A DNA stretch of 49,391 nucleotides from Perkinsus chesapeaki ATCC PRA-425 (GCA_013115145.1 JAAPAO010000230.1:1-49391), one strand, 5' to 3'. Positions 1 through 13,160 are shown, numbered from the stretch's first letter. Notes: a model not told the origin generated them from the sequence alone. Numbers and translations are program-made.

Positions 1-1022
1 AAGTGCAGAGTTTTACTATTGTTTGTATAAAACAGGTATCTTTATTTACAGGTGTCGAGTTCCTGTGATAACAATAGTGGTACGGCCATGTGTACATGGT
101 TACACGTCAGACCAAGATTACAGCTTAACTTGGAACGGCAGAGAGTACCTTGAAACGTGACGCATATTTAATGGACCTCTTTGTTTGGCGTGGCATGTTG
201 AGTTTGTCGTTAGTTTGTTTACAAAGGGCAGCTGTTTGAGGTCGATGGTCAGGGATTCACCGGCGGGTGGCGTAATGTAGATAAGAATTAGGCCACCTGA
301 CAGATGCTGCCGGGAGTTTCGGCGCACTCAAGCCGGACGTTAAGGCCCGTAACCTTCCGGGTTTTTACCATGTTACCATTTGTCACTGTGGAGCCGCCAC
401 GAGACAGCTCCACGGTGGAGGGCTTACTTAACTGAAAGCACTGTACTCTAGCTCAGAGCCGTATAGATAGAGTCAATAACAGATAATGGGAAGCACTCAC
501 TGGGAAATGCTAAGCTGGGCGCTTTTGTCATTATCGTGGTGCCTTGCCCTCACTCGTGGTGGGAGCTACAGTGTTCACAGAGAGCTCTCGCATAATCATC
601 CTTGAGGACATTCAACAGAGGTCACGTAAAAGAACATGTTCATGTGTCAGCGTGCAGTTTTCAAATGCATTCCGGATGCTTAGAGATACTGTATTATAAA
701 TCATAGTTATATTAATTATTATTGAGTAACATATTATGTACTATAAACTCAAAATGAACAAATGTTGATATGATTTAGGGCCACAAGGAGAAGGCTAGTC
801 GAATAACGCCCCTATCCTAATAGGCCATATGCACTCGAGTACTCCTCCATATCCGCTTTAAGTAAGACACTCGTAACAATCCCGCAGAAACAACCGAAAT
901 GAAACAATCGTGTTCGAACACTCTTGTCAGCGCGGAAAAGCGGCCAGTATGTGGGGAAAATGCTGAACGGGGAATTCCGTTGAAAGACTCTGAGGACACC
1001 GTGCACCATCAACAGTAACGGT

Positions 1023-3013
1023 TTAGGAGTTTGTAGAGAATGCGACGGCCATGGGAATCCAGATCACTGTCAGAGCATGCAGTCCACCGGCTCGTGATAT
1101 TGAGGGCCCAGGGGGCAGTGTTGGTTCTGCTACCGGTGTGGGCTGCCACTCATGAACGCTGAGGAATGCCTTATAGTCCTGAAAACGCGATAGCAAATCC
1201 CCCAGTCTCACAAGTGTGTTTTTTCGATATTGGCAAGACCTCAGCGTTAAAGACAGTACGGCTTACTTCTAGATCATTGTGGGTACCTTCATTGACTGAG
1301 TCGCTCAGATGCTTTGCTCCAATGATATAAACAAATATCTTCTTCGTTTTTTCATCCTGTCTAACTGCCAAGCCTTGCGGGAATCTGCGAGTAGTACTGA
1401 GATAAGTAGGACTAGGAGATAATGAGTTGGGCTTATCCGACAAAGCAATTGATCCATCTTCATTCAGAATCATACGACGTGTGCCTACTTGTCTTTCCCT
1501 GGCCAGATACCCATTGTTTGCGGCATCACGCTCGACCCGGTGCTGATAGCCTGATGAAGGGAGCCGGCTGTGATATATACGAGTAGCATACGGCTCTCTT
1601 CCGGTTTCTCTTGAGAATATCTGATATGGGATTCAAAGAGGATGACCTCATTACTTGAGAACTTACCGGAAAATCATGATAACATCACCATCGGGCAGCT
1701 GCGCCATGTCGACCAGCGAGCAGCTTCGGAATGCCTGAGGAGTATTGATTTGAAGACTGTAGAGTATGCACGGGACGAATGAGAGTGCTGAATGCTCGCC
1801 TGTATTAATCGTACGGACACCTCACCATAATGTAAAACGGCTTAACTTCACCAGACGTCTCGTTGTATGCCCATCCCGAGAAAACGAAATTGTGAGCATC
1901 CAGTCTCCTATGTAGCGTGGGTAACGTCAGCGCCTCACCACACGCCAACAGCAGTAGGCCATCACCATCGGTGGAGTCTGAGATATGAATCATATCATAT
2001 TATATGATGAGATCGAAGCAAAAGAATGCGAGGTCTGTGATTGTTGTGGAGTACGTAGTTTCAAGATGGCCTTGAGTTTTGCCCCCATCGCGCATTTCCC
2101 TACTCCTGCCAAGCTTCTGATATCTTCGACTTGGCTATTGACTCCATTCATGAACCTGGCGTAGATTGTAATTGAACAGAAATGGGATGTAAGCATTCTT
2201 ACTTCATCGCGCGCTGACTCTCCCCGAAACTGACGTAGAGCTCTCCTTGACCGTTCCCCTCATAGACACCGTTGACGCTTAGACCTTCGGCATCACCTGC
2301 AAGTCGACGCTTGGATAGCAACCAACTAGGATAACGGCGTCGTCGGACAAAGTTTGCCCTAGATCCAAGAGGCTATAAATTATAGCAAATCGACGAAGGG
2401 GTAAGTGGTATAATGCAGTATAATACGAATCAGTAATATACTGTATATTACTGACGCCTCATTTGTAGTCTGCGCAGGACCAACGAAGGGCATCTCGTAT
2501 CAGGTTTATCAGCTCAGATAGAGCATAGAATACTCACTTCCATCCCTCTGGGAAGTGATCATCGGAAAAATCTCAGCCGCGGTGACGTTGAGCCTCAGAT
2601 CTTGTGTCGGACTGAGATTCAATTTAAGGAAGTGCCTGAAATCAAGTAGAATCAAGCCTAGCGCGTACAGTACTGTAAATCAATATATTTTACTCACCCT
2701 GTCCTTGAAGTGGCGAGTAGCTCAGTGCCTTTGGTGTTGACAAGCAATGAACTTAGAGAGCTCATAAGTTCTGCATTCTCTGGTAGTTCGAAGGTAGTGG
2801 TTTGCACGTGTATTAGAAAGCCTTTTATTAGGAATCTGATAGTCTATGTGGCTCAGATGTCTCACCTCGATCAATGCCATGTGAAGAGGTTTCATTACTG
2901 TGCTCAATGACTGTGATTGATACTGCTACACGAGCCATAGGTTGGGCACTTTTGGCGAAGGCAAAAGCCGCCAGAAAGAAGACCCACGCCACAAAGTAGA
3001 GCCCAGTCAACAT
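1023..3013 (-). CDS. Secreted/GPI-like phytase-like esterase family protein (PF13449-type beta-propeller), multi-exon, with degenerate acidic motifs
   Basis: Signal peptide MLTGLYFVAWVFFLAAFAFA. Spliced exons read SLSSLLVNTKGTELLATSRTG, GDAEGLSVNGVYEGNGQGELYVSFGE, LVDMAQLPDGDVIMIFR, FPQGLAVRQDEKTKKIFVYII and FLSVHEWQP, followed by a hydrophobic C-terminus. Colinear with the gene at 42108-44215, sharing the first intron position. Confidence 0.75.
2430..2454. repeat. Perfect inverted repeat, 12-bp arms, 1-nt spacer (in an intron)
   Basis: TCAGTAATATAC-T-GTATATTACTGA. Confidence 0.95.
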
Positions 3014-3919
3014 TTATGATGGGTAACCAAAACAACTGGATCACGGAGCCCGGTATAGTCCTCTACACGCCACGAAGAACGGCTCACTACTGTACAATCA
3101 AATGAGCAACAAGCGGTGACGTGATGATGCAGAAGTGGTGACGTGACTTATCTTGTGACAAGGGGACAGAACTTCGGTCATTAAACCTACTACATGACTA
3201 GATCTATAGCGGTTTTCAGTATGTATTCCACCTGCTCCGCACTGTCCGGTAGTCATATGCTCTCACAGGCAGTGCCTCCAGGAGGAACCTATGTAGTGCG
3301 ACTTGCACTGTGCGAGTTCTTGTATAACCTACGATACCAATTGATGCAGCTAAGAAGGGCTGTATGTCTTATCATGGATGACGCGCATAATACAGTGTAC
3401 TAAGCCAAAGAGTGTCTCTTTTTTGCAGACGCCATGACGATAAAGCAGCTGATGTTGGAATCGGCTCGCTGAATTTCCACATTGATTTTAGTGAGCGATT
3501 ACCTCGAATGGAGCAAGCCGCACACAAGCTTCAGCCATATGGCTTCCCGTTAATAGTTTAACGCAAGACTGCAATTTTGGTTGGCGTAGGAAAGAGACGG
3601 CCAAACCGGGACACTAACTCAGGTAATAATAAAAACCGATAGTCACTTGTAGCTTCTCATATAACACGCGTAAAAAAGGCGTGCGACCGAAAGTGTCAAT
3701 AAATGACTAGCCGCTATGACGGTCATAGTATGACCATATACAGCAGTACGTAATGCGCCCAGTGAAAGGTATCAATCTAACTACTCCAGAAAACTAGTAA
3801 AGGCTCAACCCCCGCAAATGAATGACCATCATCAGATTCGGCCTCTCAGCATCGGAGAGGTTGGCTTCTACAGTTTATTATCAGCAAACTCTAGCCAGGC
3901 TAGCTGAGCTAGCAGTCTT

Positions 3920-4327
3920 TTAATGGCAGATGCCTCGGGCCATCGAAACAGACATGTTTTGAAAAACAGTGTACACAGAATCTTGGATTCTGATGTAGTC
4001 GAAAGTCCTCATGTCACGTCTCAACCTAAAGGTCTGAAGTTCACATTGCTTGTGCGCTTTATCAATGAATTTGTTATATTCACCCATACTGCTAGCAGCT
4101 ATAGCGTATATTCCGGGGATATGTCCCGGCTCGACAGCCAGATGTGCCGAATATCTTTCATTATAGCAATAGATGATATCATCAACAAAGATTTGTTCTC
4201 CGTGGCTTGTCCAGGTAGTCTGAATACACACATTGCTGTTGATCTTGTTGCTAAAATCGCCGACAGGAGCAGCCCTTGAACGCCAAAAGCACAAGAGTAG
4301 GCCGAGCAGCAGGCGAATGGTTACCAT
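3920..4327 (-). CDS. Small secreted Cys-containing protein (135 aa), intronless, paralog of 7606-8013
   Basis: Signal peptide MVTIRLLLGLLLCFWRSRA. Shares CIQTxW, IYCY, AxLAV, YAIA, AHKQCEL and terminal GxC with the 7606-8013 ORF. Confidence 0.8.
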   Translation of the reverse strand: MVTIRLLLGLLLCFWRSRAAPVGDFSNKINSNVCIQTTWTSHGEQIFVDDIIYCYNERYSAHLAVEPGHIPGIYAIAASSMGEYNKFIDKAHKQCELQTFRLRRDMRTFDYIRIQDSVYTVFQNMSVSMARGICH

Positions 4328-5048
4328 GCTAACGATGAGAAAGAATCAACGAAGCTGAAGATCTGTTGCAAAGATTTGCGTTCAAGTGCACTCACTGAAG
4401 CTCCAGGATTCTTTCCTTCTGAAGGGAAGGCACGGTGAAGCTGCGAGGACTAGCCTGCAAATCTGCCTTTCACCGGTCAAGTGTGGCCAGCGTGACAGAT
4501 ATCAATTACGACACACTAAGAATATCGGGATTTTAGAGAATTCCCAGACGGCAGTTGCTAGGCAAAGCAGCAATTCCCTCAAAGATTTTTAAAGGGGACG
4601 TTAGCGGCATCAGAGACTGCCCGGGATTTCATGGCATTCTGCTCAAAGACTTTTTACGTAGGACCCTCTCACGATCATCCAAGCAGGCCTTCACGTCGGC
4701 AACACACGCATGCGCATCTTGGATCCACTGCGGTGAGTCCCGTGGCTTCCTTCCCCTTTAACGAAGTGACATGAGCCACGCTGCACTTCATGCTCCTCGA
4801 AAAATTCCCGGCAAGATTTCTTGCCGACCGAGCCCTCGACTAGAAAGAAGGTGCACTCTCGCTTTCTGAATTAAACGAGTCTATCATGACCACAAAAGAT
4901 CACTCACGAGCACACTATGCCACGACTATGTAGGCATCGAATGGCAATGCCGTGGCGCCACCGTAACACCTTTGGTGGCGCATGAAAAAAGATCTCCTGC
5001 TAACTCTCATATCGTATGCAGCCTGAAGGTTTACGTTTGGCACGAGGT

Positions 5049-5131
5049 GCCCTGGCAGCCAGGGCCAGACCAAGCCAGGGCCTGGCTTGGTCTGCCCCGA
5101 CGTCATCTGAGGACTGAAGGCTTCAGTGGCT
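5049..5131. repeat. Cluster of 1-nt-spacer palindromes
   Basis: GCCCTGGC-A-GCCAGGGC (5049-5065), CAGACCAAGCCAGG-G-CCTGGCTTGGTCTG (5066-5094), ACTGAAG-G-CTTCAGT (about 5113-5127). Confidence 0.9.
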
Positions 5132-5999
5132 GAGCCAACGTGGCGCGGTCTAAACCACCGGATTCAGCCTAGAACCGTGACGTGGAATAGTTTAGAAATT
5201 AGACTGCAGTTCACTGCCGGCAGACTCAGGCAAAAGCCATTGATAGATGGGAGCCATCGGTGTTTCCCCACACTGACTCGTTTGAACGAAATGCTACGCA
5301 CTGACCATCATCAAGTGTACATAAGTTGCTTCCAGGAATGCCCTACGCTTGTGTACCTCGAAGCTGTGTTGCCTGCCCGCCAGGCACTACTTAGCCTATT
5401 ATTACTACTACTGCTACCGGATTGTGTCGTCTAAGTCGGTCCTCTTCTACGGAAAATGTCAATCGCCGCCGGCGATTCGCCGGATCAATTTATAACCCGA
5501 CCACAATGGACCGGATGCCTCGCGTGTGATAGATGTCGTAAACTTGTCCGATAGCATGTCCGACTTGGTATAATCTCGGCTTACCAATCTGTTTGCTGCA
5601 AACGTGAGGAGACCTTTGTATGTACGAATACAATTATTGCTCCCTTCTTGGCAGGGAGGGTGCAATAATTTTCAATTATTAGCGCGAATCAGTCAGCAAG
5701 GAGTCCCTGCTGATTGATTTACCCTGTGAGCTCGCAGTGCAGCTCACCGCACCCCGAAAACTGAGTAACTTGCAAGTTGCATGGCGAACCAACTATAGCT
5801 AGGTCAGCTAACGGAATGTTGTCAACTCAGTGCCAGCTCCCATACACTGTATGGCATACAGTAAGCTAAAAAGGTTATACCGCCGCTAGTCACACCAACT
5901 GATGAACTACGCAAGGTGTGGAGTGATTCGCCTTCTCAAAGAGTGGATCTCTCTTATCCCCGATGTATACTTTTAGCCCCCGGCTTGAATATATGGATG

Positions 6000-7138
6000 T
6001 ATTTCTAGGATACTCCAACATACCAAACGATGTATCAACTGCTCGAGGGGATCATGAAATTTCGTGTTGAAAAGTTTGAGTTCTTGATAGTTCCTCAACG
6101 AGGTTTCATAAGGGTCTCCACCAATATTCCATGACCTCGGCATAAGTTTATGAAAATTGCTGGAGCTGAGCGGGATATCATTTGGAATGCCGGAAGTAGT
6201 TTCAGTTTGCTTCTAGCGTACTTTCTGAATCAGAAAATACTCGGTCTGCTTTCGTTCATGAAGTGTGGGGATTAAACGACAATTCAAATGTTCAACATCG
6301 ATATAAGGTACATGTTACCCGCCGAAAGTACCATCCCTCCGATTTTAAAGCTTACCACTGTAGCGTTTCCTGAACGGTTTCTCGGTAGAGAGAACAGCAC
6401 ACGTTGGTCACCTGCTACGGTTTAGTACGCCGCCTGGAGAAGAGAATACTATTATCGTCATAGTGAAACCCTCTCAAACATAAAAAACATAACGAGAAAG
6501 CAGAATGCGCAGCCTCCGGAATTCAAAACATCCAGTTCCAGAGCACCATTTGGCATTGTTGAAGTTATTGAATTGAAGTTGCCATCTTCAAGAAAACGGC
6601 TTGGGTTGACGGCCTGTCTGGTAGAGTAGCCGATTTTCTACCAGGGCCAGTTAGTTTCTCTGACTCCTCTCCTTTGCTAAGGCCTCAGCCTTCTTCTTTA
6701 TCAGACATTGTTCTTCAGTATGATTCCTCTTGGTGCAGTACGTACAAACTGCACCAGGAGTACGTGGATATTCGCTCCTAATATTAGGCAAGCCGTATGA
6801 GGAAGGTCCGTATGGTGCGAACATGTTGATAAAGTAATTTTGAGAAACAGGTATTTCCAAAATCTCGTTAAAGTCCTCGCGGGGCTTCCTCGACGGGAGC
6901 CATTACGGCTCCCTCCACGCTGAAGTCGCCTGGAGTTACACGGTCCACTTCCCCCGTTCATTTCATCGCTATGAAGCTTCAGGGCGACAGTAAAACTGCT
7001 GAAATTCTCATCTTGATGGGCGTTCATCTTCCTCTCAAGAGCCCTCGTAGACTGAACAGTTCTGTCGCTCCATTCTCGAGCCTGTGAGTTGGTCAGACCA
7101 GCCTGGTCTCCACGCAGGCAATAGGCGCCATGATCCAT
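6000..7138 (-). mobile_element. Degenerate LTR-retrotransposon gag relic with CCHC zinc knuckle
   Basis: CTYCTKRNHTEEQC (C-x2-C-x4-H-x4-C) in 6651-6860. Gag-like HQDENFSSFTVALKLH in 6701-7138. The two parts are frameshifted. CA|TGGCGCC near 7124-7132 resembles an LTR end plus primer-binding site. The 3' boundary is uncertain. Confidence 0.55.
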
Positions 7139-7605
7139 TACTGGCTACAAACATCCCTTAAGTAATTCACACGAGATCCCCGCTCCGTCAGCCGACTTGG
7201 CAGTCAAACAAGTACCCCGAGTAGCTAGAGGTAAAAAAAGCCAACTCAAGTCTAGTTGGAATTATGTATATGCTACAGATTCACCAAAGCCTTGTTGAAG
7301 CTTGTTGGGCTGTTATTCATTGTGCGCCGGCGGCGCAGGGTCGCCCGCTCCCTTGTACATGCGTGCCCAACTGAATCCCCCTGCGAGAGCAAGCTAAGTA
7401 AGAAGCCTTTGTAGACTCCCTTCTTGTCTTGTGTTCGTCCATATGAACGGGGAACAAGCAATATGGCCAAAGCCTTTTGGCCGGCGACGCCTTGAAACTC
7501 CTATGATAGGGAAATAGCCTTCGAAATCTACGATTTTCAGATTTAGCTTTTCAGATTTTTCATTGTACCGGCCTCGCCTACCTAACTAGTTTAGTTCTAC
7601 TTCAA

Positions 7606-8013
7606 TTGTACATGATCTCTGTCAGCATGGTGCTCTTCCTTCTCTCGTGCTTCTGGTGTTTGGAAGCAGGACCGTTAGGCGTGTACTTTAACAGAGTGGA
7701 CGGAACCTCGTGTATTCAAACTGAGTGGACTATTTCTCATGGACAACTTTTCGTTGAGGAAGCAATCTACTGTTATAAGGAAAAACACTCCGCAAAGTTG
7801 GCTGTCGTCAAAGAGGAAGGTTTAGAGGCATACGCTATTGCCAGCGGAAGTCTCGATGAATGGAAAAGATTTCTGGATGTGGCTCACAAGCAATGTGAGC
7901 TTGCTGACCACGATGATGACATGGGTACTCTCTTTTACTCGTCGAACAACAGAGTTTGTACAGGTTTCCAAGCTAGGCTCTATGAACTAGTCCCGGGCAC
8001 TTGCGAGCGCTAA
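7606..8013 (+). CDS. Small secreted Cys-containing protein (135 aa), intronless, paralog of 3920-4327
   Basis: Hydrophobic N-terminus MVLFLLSCFWCLEA; colinear motifs with 3920-4327 over the full length. Confidence 0.8.
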   Translation: MYMISVSMVLFLLSCFWCLEAGPLGVYFNRVDGTSCIQTEWTISHGQLFVEEAIYCYKEKHSAKLAVVKEEGLEAYAIASGSLDEWKRFLDVAHKQCELADHDDDMGTLFYSSNNRVCTGFQARLYELVPGTCER

Positions 8014-8299
8014 TTTGCTCGCCGGGGCTCAGTCTGAGCCGCTCAGATGTGATGACCTGTAAAAGTCGATATCAGTGGGCCTCCCACTGGAAGGCTCCCA
8101 GTACTGTTTTTAATCACCAATAGTACTGCTAGTGCTGCACCTCGTGATTAAGAACATTTGATATTGCATCACTACGGTGGCGCAGGTCTCACTCAAGTTT
8201 AGTTAAATGTTTGATAACAGTATTTTTCATATTGTTGAAGGTGTGTCCTGATAGAGAGCGAACGCGCCTTACACCACAAGGATCGTTAACTTACCGACG

Positions 8300-8597
8300 T
8301 TAAGTCATTCCGCATTCGTGCGAGTGGCCTACTCGGTATTATCTTTTTCCAACAGGTTTGCCATTGTGTTAAGCATGTGGTTAAACATGTGCCTAACGTG
8401 GTGCCGTACGGCTACAGCACATACAAGTCCCAGTAATCGTTCAAGAAGAACGAATCGTTTTCAACAATTAAGGTATTTAGGTTGTCGTTCGCAAGATAGC
8501 TTATGCTAGCGCAGACCACTTCTAGAAGCGATATAACTTTTCGCCACATAGGGTTTATAGATTCTTCACTAGAGATATAAGGTGGTGCATGAAACAC
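8300..8597 (-). CDS. Probable exons of an unidentified multi-exon gene
   Basis: INPMWRKVISLLEVVCASISYLANDNLNTLIVENDSFFLNDYWDL continues across a short GT-AG intron into HMFNHMLNTMANLLEKDNTE. No family recognised; ends undefined. Confidence 0.3.
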
Positions 8598-9365
8598 GCA
8601 GTGTTGTGCAGTACAACAGTGAAGCGGATTGGGGACACAAGTTGTGTAGGCGCTGAGAGTGGGGCGCGCTTCTCAGCAAGAGGATAAAAAAGCGTTGAGG
8701 AAATGCGGTACACGTTGAGGTATACCGGAAAAGCGCTGGTTTAAGTAGGGGTCGGAACAGCTAGTTTCAAATAATAATGTTGTTTATGTCAGTTATATTC
8801 CCGGACATCGCGGAAGATTTTAACCCAGCCCACAACCACCCGGAGAAGGTCCCACCGAGTGTTAGATGATTGCGAGAGTGCAAGTTGATCTTAGGGCATG
8901 TTTAGCCCTTGCTAGATGACAGTTTATAGTATAAACTTCAAACAGACTAACACTCGATAGGAGCATGATCAGATTGATCGCCAAGGGAGGGAGAATTGTG
9001 TTGACAATTCATCTGGGTGGGACACAGAAAGAAGCGGCAACGGTTGTATGCATCCAAACCTATTGATGGAAGTCGTTGATCAAGGTCTGTTGAACAAGTT
9101 ACGCTTGGCGACCCTGCAGATTAGCTGTTGTGGTGCAGTGAGTCGAGCATGGCACTCGTACATTTTGATTCTTTTGGTTCTTGTGGTAGTTTCTTCGTCG
9201 TTGTGTTTTTTGACTAGACTTTAGGCGGAGTGAAGTAAGCAACTACGAATGTTCGATAACCGGGCGTATCGCTCCACTATTTTTTGATGAGTTGTTACGT
9301 ATCGCGGACTTTCACGCAACAGCGTACATGTCATTTTTCGCCACAGCATCATGCTGATCCTAAGC

Positions 9366-10812
9366 TCATGGGAATCTTGCGTTCTGTTCTTCGATCCTCT
9401 TCTCGAATGCATCCATCACCTTTTTAGCGTATCTATTGCACAAAATTCACAATTCATTCCACTCGAACGGTGGACCCAGCGAGCCCCTTCAAGATGATCA
9501 TCGTTTCCCTACTAATTCTACCACACTACACGACGGACTCGAACTGAAGCACTTACGACTCAATGGCGTCCTTCATTCGTTTGGGCAATTTCTTCTCTTC
9601 CTGAGACTTTCGTGTTTCATCCGAGAACTGAGCACTTCGGTTCTACAATCCCTGTACAGCAGTCTGGCTCTCACATTGTAGCACTCTTGCTGTTTCAAGA
9701 CCTCCTCATGAGTCAAACTGCATTGCTCAGTTCTAGCAACGATCCCGTTGGCCACGAGTTGCCGATGTGGCATGTTAATGTAACTTAAAGAAGCAGGCAT
9801 TCAATAACCTTGTTGTCACCGTTAAGTCGGACATGTAAAGCTTATAGTGGGAAAAGAACGTGTTAGCTGCAAAGCAGGTGATTGCCTTCACCTCCTCCAA
9901 AGTGAAAACCTGTTGTCCGAGTGATTCGCAGTGCAAGACTTGCATTCTTACGCGGATGCTGACTGGCGGCCTTTGCACCGAGTGTTTGAGGATGAGTCTT
10001 CTAAATAGAAAGAATGCTGTTGACACATCCATTCGATGTAGCATTGCCTGAGGTATGGCAGCTATACAGCGATGCTTGCATGGAGTGCCACCACTTTGAA
10101 ATTGAGTGAAGTAAGAATCTTTCGAAGCGTGCAGGCATTCCTAAACCGCCATCCATTACCGCAGATTAAAGTTTGTTTCAAGAGAAGACACCCAATGGCA
10201 TGGAAAGCTTAATTATTCATCCCGGGAATGCCATGGCGCGACGTTGCGGTTTCACGAACCCCCTGATGGGAAGTAAGTATCGCCGAAGAAGTATCCCTAC
10301 CTGGGAGTAGGTCTCCCGTATAATCGAGAGTAGTGTGGAAGCCTTTACCTCCGTAAAGTCCTTCTGCTGGCAGAACCTTGGGAATATTGCAAAATTACAA
10401 CGCGTCCGAGTTACGGGATAAATTTATTATTCATGTTGCTAGATGGAATGAAGTTATCGTGAACTGAATAATAATACAAACAAAGTGGATGATCAGGATG
10501 CCACGAGAAATAGGGGATTCAGACCTCGCAAACATGAGAAAGAGATCGACCACGCAGATAAGACGTTGATGCTCCTGCGTTCCCTCCTTTGGAGCAGCAG
10601 AGGACGCCAAGGTCTGAAAGTTGACCAACCGCTCCACCAGGATGCCTGCCCGAGCGTCGTACAGCCGCCATCGTACGGCTATCGTTGTTCTCGCTTGAAG
10701 CATCGCCGGACACCGTGGGATCGATGAGCTTAGTCTCGGTCACTATCAACTGATGCAGCAATGAAAAGTTTTCGTGATGAGGGGGGAATATGTTCCAAGA
10801 TTCTTCAGACAT
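9366..10812 (-). CDS. CFAP119: Flagellar central-pair C1a-32 / CLAMP-domain protein (CFAP119/CCDC189-like), multi-exon
   Basis: Spliced exons: ICVVDLFLMFAR|FCQQKDFTEVKASTLLSIIRETYSQ|AMLHRMDVSTAFFLFRRLILKHSVQRPPVSIR|VFTLEEVKAITCFAANTFFSHYKLY. This matches the family signature (FC..F..K.ST.LSI; LL.HSV.RPP.SI.FS..EV...TFF.HYKLY). Last exon YAKKVMDAFEKRIEEQNARFP-stop at 9366. Start uncertain. Confidence 0.75.
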
Positions 10813-10901
10813 TAATATCTTGTGTCTCGAGGATCGGAAACATTTCCTGCGCTAAAATAGAAGGGCCAGTAGGGTGGGTTTGGGAAACGTGAAAATACGA
10901 T

Positions 10902-13160
10902 TCATGCGGTCAGACTTTTCGGCCACCGATGGCGGCTCAGTGTAACTGGCACCTGTTCAGCTTCTTCGCGGGAAGCGCACTCGAGCAGCTCTTTTGCAAC
11001 AGCGCGTGTGATGTATCTTTCAATCAGAAATGGATCGCGGTGATTGTCCATGCCGGCCTGATACTTAAGTACTCCACCAGAGGTAATAAATAGTAAAGTG
11101 TTTACACAGTCATCCCTATTGGAGGCTATCATGCGGGTTAGCCTCTCGTTAAACTCCTCTTCGTTCGACAAGTCGATGGAGAGCATTTATGATAAAGGGC
11201 TATGCTGTATATCCTACGAGCACAATGTGTGTACAATAGAGAAAACGTTGATGGAAGCTTGTAAGTCAGAGGAGTCACAGCCTGACTCAGGCTGCCTGAG
11301 TAGGCCTTCAAGAATCAAAGGCTGCATAACTGCAATGCTCCCGAGACCGTGTATGCGGTAGCATGATAGAGGAGCTCTCCGGGGAAACACAGACACTTAA
11401 GTGTCACGCATTTTTCCTCGGTTAAGTGACTCAACCGAGGGGATGGCAACACTTCAAAAAAGTGTCTCGCATGGCCAAGTGATCAAGAGTCTCCATTCAA
11501 GACTTTGCGCCATCACTATCGAACACAAGAAAACCAGCTAAGTTGAACGAGAAGGAAGATGACTTGAAAGATCTACAAAATTTCCAGTCCAAATTAGTAA
11601 AACCTCAAAGCAATTTCGTCGATATGCCGCTTCATCTCATTGATCGCCTAAAATCGTGCCACACGATTCCTATCCTAGCTCAGCGCCTCAGCCAAGGCGC
11701 ATAATGATATGAAACATGTTACCATGCTATGAAAACTACTCAGTAAATATCGTTCACTTCATGTTGACCAAAGTTCGGCCCCTAATTTGGTTTTCTGGCT
11801 CACAAGTTCTTGCGTTCATCCCTACTATCGGTCTCGGCTTTATCTAATCGCTCTGTGGTTTTACTAATTTGGTCCTTTTTATTTAAATAGGTCTGGAAAT
11901 GGTGTAGACGATCATTTTCTAATTTGGCATAGTAGAGCAAGTAACATCCGACCTTAGATATTTTGTTCGACCGGATGGCTCTCTATCCTCTCTACTCAAC
12001 TGGAAAACTATCATAGACGATATCCCCACTTAACTGACTAACAAAGACGAGTCTCCACGAAACAACTGCAACGCAACTATGAAGCATCACTTCCAATCAC
12101 CGCTTGCTTCTTCGCCAAACCGAAACCTGCTAATTGTGTTGAGGCACCCGGAAAGCGACAGTAAACTTACCCGCATCCGGTCGTACAGACCTGCATGCAC
12201 TTGGCTGAATTCTCGGGGGCACCGGGAGATCTGACAAGAACTATAAATTAGCTACGCACACCGAAGAATTCGTGGAACACAGTGTCCGAGAAATCGAAGG
12301 GAAGTCAAGTAACTGGCCAAATGTAAGGACGCACCTATCAAGGACAACGTAATTGGCATTTGCGTTGGAGTCTCCCACGATGCTGTCCTTGAAACACAAC
12401 CGAAGGCAGAACTCCTCGCAATCCTTCATGTCTCGAATAACTTCATCGCTAGCAGCACAAGCCTTCTGACAGAATCTGAAACGGTCAAGGTCGAAGCCGG
12501 AAACTAAAAAGGTCTCGGAACTTCGCAAGCATGTATACTAAACGAATTCAACTACTGCAGCTTCCCTAGTGAGAAGTCATTCAGCAGTTTCACGCAATCG
12601 CAAGTGTTAACAGTTCTCAAAACAAGAGAGGAGAATGTAGCAGGGCAGAAGTAGGAGACTACTTGCCCTACAGTCGGTAAGTGTATATATCGGTGAACTT
12701 CTCTGACTCTCTCACATCAGAAACGGTATTGCATCTCCCCAAGCAAGTGGTTGGGTCTGGCATAAGATCTGTGAAGTAGCTCCGCAGAAAGGCAAAAGGA
12801 GAGCTCATCCGGTAATAGTAATAATTAAACTGTACATCGATAGTTTGTCAAAGTTTGGCGTTCACCAACTGTCACTGAAAAGCAGTCACCTGTGCTTGTA
12901 AATGTTGTGCATAAACCCAAAACCGTTTAAAGTCGAATATCAGTCTTCCAGAAGATAAGGAACGTATGATACGTTAAATATCCTATTATTCGATATGAAC
13001 ACACCATCTGAACTAATATCATACTATTTGACTCCTGGACCCCCGGAGAAGTCCACGTACAAAAGTCTGATAGACTAGTCTACTACGGTGAGTCTGGACA
13101 CATTGCAACACAGACTATCGGAGACAGCTGGACATTCGCAAGATATGCCCACATTGTAGT
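10902..13160 (-). CDS. Hypothetical multi-exon gene
   Basis: Protein-like segments at 12241-12528, 11214-11396 and 10902-11186 flanked by GT/AG. Family not recognised; exon chain not resolved. Confidence 0.4.

Noticed and set aside
118-1012. Short minus-strand ORFs (118-327, 812-1012, 817-999)
   Set aside because: Possibly exons or relics, but no motif or consistent splice chain could be built.
4386-5665. Protein-like minus-strand fragments suggesting a non-LTR element or pseudogene
   Set aside because: No RT or endonuclease motif found; many stops; identity unsupported.
5770-7270. Possible LTR pair flanking the gag relic
   Set aside because: Only scattered 6-mers are shared between the two flanks.
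9434-9556. GTTCGAGTCC and TAGTGTGGTAGAAT in the last CFAP119 intron, as a candidate 5' tRNA half partner for 19655-19695
   Set aside because: The boxes are in the wrong order, there is no D or anticodon stem, and acceptor pairing is only 5 of 7.
10902-12528. Vps8-like assignment (MQPLILEGLL resembling LEPFILSG)
   Set aside because: A single short motif and the locus looks too short; left as hypothetical.
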